A stretch of DNA of 64,000 bases from Ptychomitrium polyphyllum (lineage: Eukaryota). The position numbers were made by a program, and so were the translations under genes. The notes under the pieces are model-generated. The model did not search any database, was not told the origin of the DNA, and saw only the letters and a program-made list of their open reading frames with translations. The DNA lies in assembly GCA_973851085.1 (NCBI GenBank), contig OZ316776.1:434001-498000 (forward strand), in the 5' to 3' direction. This document shows positions 11,325-25,500 of this stretch, in pieces. The stretch's first letter is position 1; each line of letters starts with the position of its first letter.

Positions 11325-14300
11325 ATAATATACCAACAAGTTTGCGAGATTCTAAAGACTATAATGCGTGATCTATGTCCGTGACATCACCTCCGCTTCT
11401 AGCAACAAATCTCATAAAAAGCTTTCTTATGGCTTGCCCGTCACATCTCCACAAATTCCAAAATCTATTGAAGAAGGAAACGACACATTCAACTTGTTGT
11501 TCTTTGCCTACTAATTCAATTGGTCCTTGCAGGATGCACCAATGACCACCAGCCAAGACTTCTCTTGTTGAAAAGTCCCAGCCCAAGATTTTATCTTGAT
11601 TGAGTCCTTCAAAACTTCCTCCAAACAGGATCTCCGGTCCTCTGAGAGATACTCTTCCAACTTCTAACAAGATGACTGAAACCTCAATTATCTGAATCAA
11701 GAGTAGAATGTCAAGGACAACCGGCCAATATTTCTATACAAGATCGCATTTAAAATTGGAAAGTCTCTCTTAAATCTTGGCTTAGATCCTCCATTACAAA
11801 TCCTCCATTGAAGAAATTTGCAGACTTTTGTAGATGCACTTATTACATTCATTGAAGGCTTCCATATTTGGTCATTGATGCCATATTCTTGCCAAAGTAT
11901 AAGATACTCCACATGTCCATTTTTGATGCGCAAATCTAAAATATCTTCAACTTTATACCCCATTTCATTATTGATTTCCACCCGAGGAGGTAGAGGAACA
12001 ACCTTCTCTAATATACATGACTTGTTGTAAGTTTCTAATAAAGATACATGGATTATTAGATGAATTTGCATGGTTGGTGGTAGCTTGTGGCAATAACTAA
12101 TCGGACTTATCTATTTGCCAATTTCAAACAGCCCGAGCCTTTGATAGTCCAGCTTCTTTGATAGTATATTTGTTTGTATATTTTGTTGTAGAAGTCATAC
12201 GCTATCTCCAACCTTGAACTTTGGATGGTCCTTTTTATAACAATCTATATAAGTTTTGTATTGATCTTAAGCTTGTTATAACTCCAAAACAAGATCTTAG
12301 TGGATTTTAGAAAAGTTAAATTATAGAATTCTCTGTTGCAGAGTTTGTAACATCCTTTGCTTGAAATGAATGTGCTCAAGGATGATGGCTATAGTTTGTA
12401 AAGAATGGATTTTAAGTTGTTTCAAAATGCATCATATTTTTGAATGCAAACTGTGCCAAAGGTAAGAAATCCACCAAATTGTCTTGCTGGTAGTTTATGC
12501 TACAAGAAAGGTACTACTCCAAAATTTTATTCACGCATTTGGTTTGACCATTAGTTTGCAGATGGTATACTGAAAATAGTTTAATTTTCATACGCAACAG
12601 CTGGAATAGGGCCCTCTAATAGTTGAAAATGAATTGCAGCCTTTAATCGGATATATTATCATTTGGTAGCCCATGAATGCAATAGATATGATTTAAGAAC
12701 AATTTGGCAGTCTCTTCTCCCGTTACCGTCTTGTTGCATGGAATAAAATGTGCCATCTTGGTAGACCAATCCACCACTATTACAATCGAATCTTTAGAAC
12801 TGAAGTTTAAAAGGTCCGTGATAAAATCCATAGACAATGACAACCATGGATCCTTTGACACTAGAAGCGGATGGAGGAGACCATGAAGTTGGTGTCTTGG
12901 TACCTTGGTCCATGCGCAAGTGTCGCATGATCGTAAAAAGTCCTTTGCATCTTTCCACATTTGTAGCCATCAATAGTTTTTAGCAACCGACTCCATTGTT
13001 TTTTGAATCCAAAATGCCCAGCTATTGGAAAATCATGATGTGCTTGAAGGATCTTCAATTGCAAATGACATGGAAATAGGTACAAAAGTCTTTTATAATA
13101 AAACAAGCCTTCTTGGAATTTAAAGTCCTCATCATTATTTGAAGGATCCCCGTTGTCTTTGAGGCGCCTACTCATATTTGAAATAAAAACATCATTCTTC
13201 AAAGCCCTCCAAATTTTGTTGAGATGGAATGTTGTGATAATTGTCGCTGCTTTCAATTGAAGATTTTGTGGCTTCAATAAAATAGTCCTTTGTTGATCCA
13301 AAACATCATCTCCAAGTTAAAGAGCTAAATAAGATCTTCGAGATAAGGCATCTAACTTACCTTATAGGCTACCAGATTAATAAGTAATGACAAATTCAAA
13401 TGTGAAAAGCGACATATTCCACCTTGCTTGACGGCAATTCAAAACGCAAGCACTCATGAAATACTCCAAGTTCTTGTGGTCTATGTGTATTGAGATGATA
13501 TGTTGAGCTCCTTCCAACAAATGCCGCCATTCTTCAAACGCATTTTCAATTGCAAGTAACTCCTTCTCATATATATCATCACTGATTGTTGTTATTGAAA
13601 ATTGCCTTGAACAAAAGGCAATAGGGTGGAGTTTCTTGTCTTCATTATATTATGAGAATACTAAGCCAAGCGCAAAATCTGATGCATCCGCTTCCAAATA
13701 AAAAGGCTTGGACAAGTTTGGATGAATAAGGATTGGAGCCAACGTAAATGACTTCTTAAGACTTTGAAATGTATTTTCTGCCTCTTCATTCCAAGTTAAG
13801 TTTTGCTTCCTCGTACATTGTATCAATAATGCGGCAATCTTGAAATAGTCCTTAGTGAATATCCTGTAAAAGTTTGCAAATTCCAAGAAGTATTGAACAT
13901 CTTCAATTGATCTTGACGTACTTCACTTTATAACAATGCTTATTTCTTTTCATCCGTATGGATTCTTCCTTTAGAAATGATGTAGCCTAAAAATTCAACC
14001 AAGGATTCATACAAAATGCACTTCTCTAATTTGGCATATAATCCTTGCTAGCATAATTTTTCTAAGACCAGTTGAACATGACATTTGTGATTTTTTTCAT
14101 CCTATAAATACATCAAAATGTCATCCAAGTAGATGATTATAAAATCATCCAAAAGTATATAGAAGATATCATTCATCATGTGTTGGAAGACAGTAAGGAC
14201 ATTTATAAGGCCAAAAAGCATGACATTATATTCAAAATGGTCATACCTAGATCAAAAGGTTGTCTTCCATTCGTCTCCTTCTTTCATGCGTACAAGATTG

Positions 14301-17010
14301 TAGACTTTCATAGGATCAATCTTGGTAAATATCTTTGCCTAGACAAGTTACTATACAAGACTTGAGATTAATGGTAATGAATAGCGATTCTTCTTGGTCA
14401 CTTTTTGAGGGCCTCCACACTCCAAGCACATACGTAATGATTCATCTTTTTTCTTTATAAATAAGATGGGTGTTCCAACTAATGATTTAAAATGTTAAAT
14501 GAAGCCTCTTTTGAGGTTTTCATCAATATATTCTCTCAAGGCAGACAATTCGATTTGTACTAGGTTATACATACATTCAAAAGATGGTTGAGCTCCTTCT
14601 TAAAACTCGATGGCACAATCGTAAGGCTAATGCTTTGATGATATGTCCGCATTCTTTTTCTCAAAAAAAACTTTATAATCTTAATATTGATGAGGTATGG
14701 CCTCATTAGTTTCTAGTATAGAATCGGATATTGGCGTAGGATTAGTGGCAAAGATTGGTTTATGCTTTGCGGCTCTCAAAAATGCCTTAGCTCTAATAAA
14801 TGATGGTCCAAGGTTTCTTGTATCTTGACGTCTTTTCCTTGAGACTACACTTCGTGAACGCTAAGTAATGTCTGAATTATGTAAGTCAAACCAAAGAAAG
14901 TCCACCACGATAGGAGTTGTTCTGCATTGAATGATGTTGAAGACAATGTTAGATGCTTGGTCTCCTAAAACAACCTCCAAAGGTTGAATTTCTTCAATAA
15001 CATTGTCAGATGCAACATATCATCCATCGATAACTTCAACAAGTGCAAGATGTTTTTTGTTCACAAGCACCATGTGATATTTGGTTGCAAAATCCTTGTC
15101 TATGAAGCATGTCGTTGCACTAGTGTCCAAAAGAGCTTCATTAACTATTTAATCATTTAACAATTGATTTTGATAAGAAATGTAAAGCAAAAGGTAGGAA
15201 TTGGAGGTAATAAGATACTTTGATTTTATGATTGTTTCCTTGTGGTGTCCAATTGCACAATTTCTAGTGTGACTAAACAGCCTCGGTTTCAAATTACACT
15301 ATTGTATTTTGAGCCTTAAATATCCCATGATTTTGCAATCACGTGCTTTATATTCAAACTTGCCACAATACAAACATAGGTTTCATCTCCAACGCCTTTT
15401 GATTTTTTTTGAATTCAAACCTCTAAATTTGGCAGCATCAATTTGCATAGGTTTTGGTCCTTGTGGTCGACTTTCGAATAATTTTGAAGAAGTGGTTGTC
15501 ATACCTTGATGTATTAGTTGCCGTTTCAAGCGTTGTTCTTACAGTTTCTCAAATAATTTATTGCCACATGCTATTGCTTGAGTGATGAATTTGTCCAACG
15601 TTTCAACCTCTAGCATTGTGAGTAGTAAGTCCTTCACATTCTCTTTCAAGCTCCATCGGAATTGTGTAACCAAGGACTTATTGTTCCAATCAAGGTCACA
15701 AGCTAGTTGTTGAAACTCTGCAACATATGTAACAGCCGAGTATTGTCTATATTGTAGGCTCTAAATCCTTGTTTCAACCGCCCGCTCTTGGCCGGCGCCT
15801 CCAAAGGTAGATGTCAACACTTCCATAAAAACACCTAAATTGTTCAATAATAGTGACTGCTTTTGCCATTAACGGTACAAACCACAATAGTATTTTTTTT
15901 TATAGAGGAATGGCTATAAATCCTTGTTGAATAGTGCCATCAGGATAGCGAGATTGATGCAAACGGAAGAAGATCCTTATTTGTTGAATAAAGCCTCTCA
16001 ACTTTGAGCTTGATCCATCAAGTTTGTTTGGCATATTAATCTTTGGCTCAACATGGTTTTAAAGTAAGCCTTCTCTTCCAATATTAGCTTCTCGCAATCA
16101 AACAATCTTTTAATATAAACTTTGTGTATCGCCATTGGATTCTTCAGCTTGCCGAGTATGTTGTTTTAGATTGCCGGTGGTATTGAAGCGAGCCAGTTTT
16201 GTTTGAGCTGTATTTAATAACTCTTGAAGGTTTGCAATAGTTGCAAACTTATTCTTTGATGTTCTAGGCACGTTATCCATTATTTTTGACTGTCTAAGAC
16301 AAGAAGACTATGAATATCTTCAAAAGAGGGTAATCCTCATCTTTTGAAAGATTGATCCTTCTTCAAAAGAAGTAGTACTTGTTTTTAGAAGAAAAAACCA
16401 ACTTATGGTGTCAGCTTAGAAGAGGGTAATCCGCAACCTCTAAGATGCTATGGGATCCTAAAGAAGATGGATAATCTACTATTTTCTTCAAAGAACCTTA
16501 GCTTTGACAAAGATGAAGAATAGTCTTGCTAAATTATTGGAGCTACAAGAAATAAGAAGCAATGACAAAGTGTTTCCTAAGAATTAGCTTCTAAATAGCT
16601 AATGTCTTATAAAAAATGTTACAAAAGACTAAAACAAAGTAGGATACAATATAATCCACAACTTGTATTGGCAAGAGTAAGGTATACCTTGTCTTATCAC
16701 GTATTAATATTATGACGTTATCGCTTTGAGAATACTTCTGAAGAAGCTTCCTATAAAGCTTAAGAATGTTCTAGAAGTCTAAGGAACCTTCCTAAGAAGT
16801 TTTCTCAAATGGTAGAACCTTTTGAAGAAGCTTCCAAGGACTTTGGACCTTCTTAGGAAATTTTCCAAAGTGCTGGAACTTTTTTAGATAGTTTTTAAAG
16901 TGGCATGAACGGCTATGGGGATATTGAAATTGTTCTAAAGAACTATATTAATGTACTGTAAAATTTGAGGAGGTTCTAAAGACTATGTTGTATGATCTAT
17001 GTCTGTCACA

Positions 17011-17320
17011 TTTTCAACATGAAACTCCTATTTTACCTAATGCAAAGGCAAGGTGCATAATTTTTTGTTTAAAATATGTGTTGTTTTCTAGTATTTTAGT
17101 GCTTGAAATAAGGATAAGAAGATGTTTCCAGCACATTTTAGAGGATTGTACTCCATATTATCTTCTTATTCATTAAGCAATGGTGTTATTTGAATTTATT
17201 TGTTTTGTATATAGTGAGCATAAATTTGCTGCCAGAATGCTATTAATTAATCATTGATAATGTGGTTGATATAAGGCATGTTTAATACCATCTTTTCTTC
17301 AACTTGTTTTTCAAAGTTAT
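17011..17320 (+). mobile_element. Right part of the ancient gypsy: integrase C-terminus with decayed PHD finger
   Basis: QHETPILPNAKARCIIFCLKYVLFSSILVLE continues the reading interrupted at 8673, then CFVYSEHKFAARMLLINH**CG*YKACLIP. Confidence 0.6.
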
Positions 17321-18456
17321 ATTTAATATTGTTATAAAAGATCTTCCTACTAGGTTGTGTTTGTTATTAAAAACTAAAGATTTTGTAAGTGGTTGTATTA
17401 TTTTAATAGTTAATTAGCCATGTTTTTGGAGATTAGTTGTTTCACTATAGAAGTTGAATTGCTTGAAAAAATTGACAATAGCTTTTGTTAATAAATTTTC
17501 TTCAAATGCTATTAATAATAGAGTTCACATTGTATTTGGCCTACAAATCTCTAGAAATACTTTACAGTGAGCCTTATTGGCTCTTTTAATTACTAAAACA
17601 TCACCTATGTATTCATTTTCAATCATATGTAAATGTGATTTTTGATATTTGACAAGGTTTTATAATTAGTTAGATGATGGAGGGAAGAAGGAAAAAATAG
17701 AAGAGGGATTGGAATATTACAAGATGTATTTGTGATGTTTTTATATTTTATTTTTTTATTGCAAGTTTATAATGGTTGTGGTACTTGCCCTTTTGTACAT
17801 AACATTCTTTGGTTACATGACGCGTATAAAGAGTATTATAAATACATTTAATAAAATTATTTCTTATCCAATAATGTCTTATGCAAGTGAAAATGATTCC
17901 ACCATTTAAAATAACCAAATATTAATTTAATGATTATAATACTTTTAAATTTGAAATCAATTTAATTATTTTGTAAATCAAATACTAAAAATTAAAAAAC
18001 AATGTTCAATATAATTGTTACAAAAATTATGTATTAACTATGATTATATTAATTATAATTACATTGACGATATCCAATTTTTAAAAAAACCTAAGAAATT
18101 TGTTGAATTTCAAATGTTTTTAATATAGATTTAGATTTGCCAAATTGAATACAAAACATCAACATATAATAAATCATTCTCTTTTATGAAAAAAATAAAA
18201 AGTATTAATAGTCAATTCTAAATTTCAATATAGAATTAACATATTTAAAGTTTCATTTTAAATATAACAAAACTTCCATTCAATTTTATATATAGTTACT
18301 TTTAAAAATGACTTAAGGATTTTTATAATCATTTTATTTATAAGATATTTAAATAAACTTAATTAAGCAAATTCTTGAATTTTCATTCATATAATCATAT
18401 ATTTACATATGTATGTATCAACCTATATACCTACTTATTTGCCTACTTATTTGCTT

Positions 18457-18556
18457 NNNNNNNNNNNNNNNNNNNNNNNNNNNNNNNNNNNNNNNNNNNN
18501 NNNNNNNNNNNNNNNNNNNNNNNNNNNNNNNNNNNNNNNNNNNNNNNNNNNNNNNN
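18457..18556. other. Assembly gap (100 N)
   Basis: Run of 100 N. Confidence 1.
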
Positions 18557-21500
18557 CAAAGGATATATCATATTAGAAAATACAAATGGAAAAATACTTA
18601 GTTCTTTAAATTATACACAAATAACAATAGAAAATATGTTAATTTTTTTTTATTTAAAGAAACAACGTTTTTAAAAATAAAAAAATAACAATATTAATAA
18701 ACTTTATTTACAATTTTCCAAATAAAATGCTTGTGATAGACAATGAACAAACAAACATTATTTTATTACTTCAAAAAATTATGATGATACGTCATGAGCA
18801 TCGATTTTATTTAATTTTTTATATTTTCATATATACAACTAGTCTTTTGAAAAATTCATTTGATAATTTTTAAGTCTTATCATTTGTGAACCTATATATA
18901 CTAGGTTTTGTTGTGGACAAAAAATCATTTGCAAATGGAATTATAGCATATATTAGAAAAATGAAAAGGAATAAATACACCATATCATTAAAATATTTTT
19001 GACATTGAATTCTTGCATTATAAAAAAAATGATTGTTATTACTCTTTTATTACATTAGATCCTTTTGCAAAGTATGAAGTTAATAATTTTTATTTTGGAA
19101 ATAAAGTGCCATAAGGTAATTGATGCTATAGTTTTTTTTTAAATTAAGTAAATATAAGTAATCAAATCTAAGTTGTATGGATTTCAAAATATTTAAGGGT
19201 TTAAACATGTATATTGAAATTATTATTAATTATTAACCATTGTAGTCATCTTTTGAAGGTTATAGTTTTTTGTATGAATCAAATTTTTTTCCAGTAAAAT
19301 ATGCATTCTTGTTAAATTATGCATATAAGTATAATTGGCAAAAATAGCTAGTATAATAAATAAAATTGTAGCATTTAAAAGCAACTACCATAGTTGATGT
19401 TATATAATACTTATAATATTCTATTAAAAATATAATTATGGTATTAAACAAAGAAAAGAAAGCCATATTTTTACTGAAGTATAAAGATGCAATAATTAAA
19501 ATTATAATGTAAATTTTATTTTTTTTAAATGAACCATAGATATATAGATAGAAAGCTAATTGAATATTAGAAAGACACATAAATGATGTTTGAAATTATT
19601 TGACATGGTTGTGTTTTCGAAATTTAATATTGGTTTTAAGATTTAGTTTTGAAAACATAATCAATTATTTTGCACAAGATTCTTTTTGGAAACATGGCAC
19701 AAATACAAAAAATAAAATCCATTTTTTGAATTATTAAGATTATAGAATCCAGTGCCTGAATTTGTAAATATAGATAATTAATATTTTGCAAAAAAAAAAT
19801 TGAAAATATAAAATTAAACTGTTTCAATTAGTTTAGTTTGCAATAAGTTTTCCCTCATAATTTTTGCATTACATTTATATGCATGCAAAGGATGTTTTGT
19901 AATTTATTTTTTATCTTGGTGTATAAAAAATGTCTCTATATCTCTATAAACCAAGCTGATTTCATAATGACTTATGAGAATTAACCAAGTTGAAAATTGA
20001 CTATATGTTGTAATTCCAAAATGCTTGTTTTTATGAAATAAAATGGTTCGAAAGACATTTATTCATTAATATAAATACCACTTAAATTCCATACTATTCA
20101 TTTCTCAAATTTATAATGATTTTTTTTTTATAAAAAGGATGTAAATTCATTTTTCTTTGCTTATTTTTAGCAACATATGGTAAATATTGCTTATACAAAG
20201 AACGTATTTGTAAGTTATATTAAAATTTTGGAATAAATCCAACAATACAAGTTCCTTTTAATATTATAAGACTACTCTTTTATAGACTTAATATTTTAGG
20301 TGCTATGGAGTTTTAGAATTCTATTTAATATACTTTCAAGGAGACCAATTTAAACATAATAAAATCTTGACATTCTCCATATAGATATGTATGAATTTTC
20401 ATATACTTCTATGTATGACTTGTTGTAAACAATGGTCTTAAACACCATACATGTATTAAAGTAGGTCCATATTAGAATAACAATTAAATAATTAGTTAAT
20501 TCAAATACATCATAATATCCTTTTGAGTTGCCATATTTTAAGTTAGCAATTGAATTAAATTTCCATGTATACTACATAGAATTGATTTTTTAAAGGTTAA
20601 AAGAGACATTTGGAGTTTGGATTATGCAACTTACAGTTGACCCTTTATAAATGTTATCTATTTAAAGTAGGAACTTTTTAACATTAAGAACAAATCAATG
20701 TTTTAACAACCATGAAATAAATAATCTAAAAAAATTAATCTTACAAATTGTTAACAAATAATAAACTCTTGTCAAAAATTTTACAAGCAACTAATATTCT
20801 ACAAGAATGATAATCAAATTCCACAAAGACCATTTTAATTGATTATCAAATATGTATCACTTAGCAAACTACTTCTTCTGATAGATTATTAATATCAATA
20901 ACATCCATTTTCAAACATTATTCTTGAATCAATGGATATGAAGGTTAAAATAACAAAGAAAAGAGTATAAGGGAGTTCAATTTTGTCAACATTTAGCAAT
21001 TAACATTTTGTATTGATTAATACAAGGGAATTCAAAATATCAACAAATACAGTGAGTTTAACACATACAGGGGTAACATTCTGAAGAGTCAACTGTACTT
21101 ACTGTTTGTATGTGTACTAGAAAGCCTGGAAGCCATTGTTCATAATTGGCATGTTTAGAATCTGTATAGCAGATGTTGTGCCACACATAACCATGTTGAG
21201 TTTGATGCCTGTTGTCACTACATCAGCAATATCCTAGAGGGCAATGCTAGAAATGGGGCCAATTTCTATGCATGTGCAGGGACTTGGCTGAGGGACCTAC
21301 TCAGGTGGGGTTCTGGCTTGAGAGAATAGCAGTAGACACTCATAAAGACCTTCTACTTTCCTTAAATCTGGCCAAAGCTCTCATTGTTCCTTTAGCTTGT
21401 CAATTGCATATGTGAATTTCTTCTCCTCAGAAGTTCCTGTCTAATATGAAAAAACAAAAAAATACAACAAATGCCCTACCTCATTACATGACTGGATGAC

Positions 21501-22237
21501 TGAACCAGCAGTCAACAGATATCTTGTTATCCTTGTGCTCAAAACTTGTCCCTTGTTCATTGTCACACAATGTTTAGCACAGGAGCATTTTAATTTGCTC
21601 AATAAATCTAGTTACTTTGTCTTTCTTTTCCAACTGTGCAACATGGCTCATACTTTGCTGAGGTGAACCAAGTTATTAGCAAATGCTATACCCTACTGGT
21701 TAGAGATGAAAACTTTTTGATATCACCTTCTGTCAACAGCACTTACTTTTGCAACTTACAGAAAATAAAGTGGCCTTGCAGATTAATGTACCTATTTTAT
21801 ATATTTAGAAACCTTAATTTTTTTGTTTTGTAATATAAGCATGTGGTGATCAAAATACAGCAAGAAGTTGAAATAAACTATGGTTTATTGTTTTTGCTAT
21901 GCATTATTTGAACAAAGGAATAAATACAAAAATACTAAGAATACATCAAATATCAAAAGATTATGAAAAGTAGGACATGATGAAGAATATAATGAAGGCC
22001 TTGTATAAATAATTTATTAGCATTGTATAATATTTTTGCCTACTACAGAGTGAAGCCAAAGTACTGTAGGAAGGCTCAGCCAAGTTAGCTGAAACTGGAA
22101 GCAATGGGCAAACACGGAACTAATCACTGCTGGAGGTCAAGAGCTTGATGTTGAGTTTCATGTACACATGGGATACTAATCAAGATGCTGAATACTCCAC
22201 CACTTGGAATATGGCAGCTCTTTAAGGTAGTCAGCTA

Positions 22238-22595
22238 CAGTTGTCATCATGGACCATGGGGTATAACTGCCCAGCTGGAGAGAGTTCATTAGCAGATTTA
22301 ATTGCAAAAGAAATGGCTGCACCACTAAAAGAAATGTCCCCTAAGATTGCAGTAGATTATAACTTTTGTAATGACCCACTAGTCACTGGTCATTTATAAG
22401 AACACAACCAGAATGCAAATAACTTCAAAGTTGTCGTCACGCAGCCGGAGTGTATTATTGCCTAGCTGGAGGGAGTTCATAAGCAGATTCAATTGTAATA
22501 GCAATGACTGCACCACATTAAGCAATGTAGCCCAAAGATTCAGTTTGTTACATATTATCACTTGCATAATGACCCACTAATTGTTGATCAAGTAG
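22238..22595. repeat. Diverged tandem duplication, ~191 bp period
   Basis: tgcc(c/t)agctggag(a/g)gagttcat(t/a)agcagatt(t/c)aattg...ctgcaccac...taatgacccacta is present twice. Confidence 0.8.
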
Positions 22596-25500
22596 ATGAG
22601 CAGGAACTGGAAGTAGTTTGACTTAGCACACTGTAGCCTAGTTCAGCAAGGTGAAAAGCACTGATTGTCTGGGCAATAATATTGGAGGAGAAACAGAGCT
22701 TCTTACTGTCATCAGCAAACAACTGCACTAACTATATTCTTTACTTGTGCTTCTCTCCCTTATTAAGTCAAAGACTCTTTGCTAAAGTGTAGACAAAGAA
22801 TTTTATTGATTGTATAATTTTGTTCTTTGGATATGTTACAATCCACTGAAGCTGTGATTTGGTTGCATTGAGTACTACTTTGTTGAACTATTTTGTCATC
22901 CATCATGCCACACTGTCCCCAATCATCTATATCCTATTTGTTAAAATTTAAACCATTATGGTATACAATACACTAAAACTCTCTTGATTGTTTCTCAACA
23001 AACGACACAGAGGGGCTTGGCCCCTCTAGCGAAAGTTCTGTTAAGGAAGTAATTGTGAGGTTATTGCTGCACAGAGTACTGGCTTCTAGTTATGGAGCAC
23101 CCTCAATTATATGTCAAACTGTTCAAAGTGGGCAACCTGATGCAATTGAAAAAAATTAAATATCAGCCCAGGCAGTAAGTCAGAACTTATAAATTCTACC
23201 TAAAGGTTGTAATGGTCTCTCCAGGCTGGTTTCAATGTGATTGAATTTCTAAGTGAAAACCAAACGTTGTTACAAAACCCTTAATGTCTTGGACCATTTT
23301 GTATACCACATCATTTGGGTTAATTCTTAAAGGCAAAACTTCTTAATAATTAGAAACCCTTTCTGCACCAAAATTTCTTACGTTCATGGAAATTATTGAA
23401 GTTAAAGAGTAAAGTCATAAATTACACCTTGGCTTCAAGAGATTTTATGAGTTTTTAGTCCAAATGAATGGATGAGGTTTCACAAATTAAAAGAAGGTAC
23501 AAATTTGAATACAAGAAACCTTGAAAAAGTGCATATTGGGGCTTCTGGGGTGAAGAAGACTAGCAGCTCTGTTCCACTTGTGCATTGAAAGAGAGTATGA
23601 ATGAGTCCAGGTGTCAAATTGACTTACATAATATTCACCCTAATCCCACCCAATCCATCCTGTCATACAGACTGAATTTACTTATCCCCACTCTGCCACC
23701 CATGTCTTGGTAATAGAAGCTCACACTGAAATTCAAGTGCTGTATTGAACCAAAAGCCTGCCATTAATTGAGTCAACAAATCGTCTCCACACACTTTTGC
23801 ATGTGTGGAACAGACTGCCTCTCTTATGATCTTTGTCACTAAAATTCAGTTCAATGGCTAGCAACTAAACTGCAAGCAATCTATAATATACCCAAAAAAG
23901 CCTGTGGGCAAACAATTTAGTAGCTCTTATAGCATGATGCATGTAAAATCTGCTACTTGACTTACAAGATTGGAGGCTAGCATGGAGATGCTACAAAATT
24001 TGAAACCACACTAGATTTCTGAGACTCTTTTCCAAGGTCTTGAATTAACAAAAGCAATGCTACTCCAGACAGCAATGCAGTAGTCCCACTGGCAACTTTA
24101 TGCACAAAATGTACAGTAAGCATTTAGTGTAAGAGTGATTCAAATTCAACTTCCTCTATAGATAGTAAACAAAGCATTGGGTACTCTGCAATATGTTCAA
24201 GCTGAGATTCGTAATCTTCACCCTTTTCAAAATGACTACACTGGACATCCAATAAAAATTACTGGGAAGGGCATTTAGTCTGAAGCTGAAACTCTCTTTC
24301 CCATTGACAAAGGATTGAGGTCACTACATCAATCATGCATATATTACCTTCATCAACAAATACACATCAATTAAAAATGGTCACCAACAAAATTCGAACC
24401 ACAAATGAATAACTCAAACATAAATGAAATCTATAAAAAGCATAGATTAAAAAGTGCAAACGTTTGATATTGATGATTCAATCTTAAGCTTTTCATATTT
24501 CACAACATTATACTTCAAACTTCAAACTTCTCGTATGAAAACCACTTCTAAAATATTCAAATACTTATATTACTACGTCAATTTATTCTTTCCATTTACC
24601 AAGGTTCATAGAAATTTGCTACTAAAACGTCTTCTTAATTCCTAAAGTACCAACTAAAACGCTTGACTCAAATATCCGCTAACCTTACTCTAAGAGCTTG
24701 GAAAGCTCAGCCGCTCTTTAGCACAATAGAAACATGGAAGGTCCTAAGTACTCATTTGCCTCTAATGTTAGAACTCAACTTGACTCCAACCCCAATTCAA
24801 TTAACTACCTACCTAAGTATAAAACCTCTTTTCCTTAGAGATAATTAAGCTAATTTCATACAAAACCTAAATCTACAAACTACTCAAACATTAGATATGC
24901 ACAATCAAAATAAATAAAATAAGTTCTCGTCAATTTGCGTTTAGCAACTCAAACACACAAATACTCTACACCAAAAAAATAAAATCAAACTAAACAACGA
25001 TCCACCCCCAAAACACCCTTAGACCCGCACTAAACATAAGTACAAAAGAAAAATCTGGTGATGTATGATGCATTTAACGCCCACCTACTAGGACGTAGTA
25101 AGACAGTGAGAAAATGCATCGCACACCACCAAAAACGAACTTCGCCTTCAAGCAAATCAATTCAAAAAAACCGAACCACCCTTTCCTCCAGAACAGCAAA
25201 AAAGAAAATGAGAAAAAAAACAAAACACCAACAGATGAGAAGCGAGCGCGGGCACACAGGCAAGGAGCAGAAATAGGTTGTGGCAGTTAGCGAGCAATAT
25301 GACTGTTGGCCACTGGCTGCTCCGCACTTCTCATGCGCCGGGCGCCCGAGAAGTGCCACCATCCACGGCGTCCGGCTCCATCCGGATTCCGCCTCCGCCC
25401 CAGCGCCACGGAGCGCCAGGTCAGGTTGGCGCCCAAACGAGGGGAAAGACAGCAGGCCTCCCGGAAAGATAAAGAAAGGGCGCCCTAGGGGGAGCGCCAG

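Larger units (their letters stand above)
8674..17010 (-). mobile_element. Full-length but decayed Ty3/gypsy chromovirus LTR retrotransposon
   Basis: 5' LTR at 17010-16535. 3' LTR at 11386-8674, split by an insertion at 9122-11324. Polypurine tract agaagcggaggtga at 11400-11387. Gag ATG ~16280, zinc-knuckle remnant LCLYCGK (~15370), protease ALLDTSATTCFID (~15130), RT YLDDIL (~14130), RNase H EADASDFALG (~13690), integrase (13100-12400), chromodomain YKVEDILDLRIKNGHVEYLILW (~11960-11860). Confidence 0.92.

Noticed and set aside
17350..21000. Short hydrophobic ORFs in AT-rich DNA (also 33000-38000 and 55500-61400)
   Set aside because: Compositional artefacts rich in F/I/L/K/N/Y with no family motifs.
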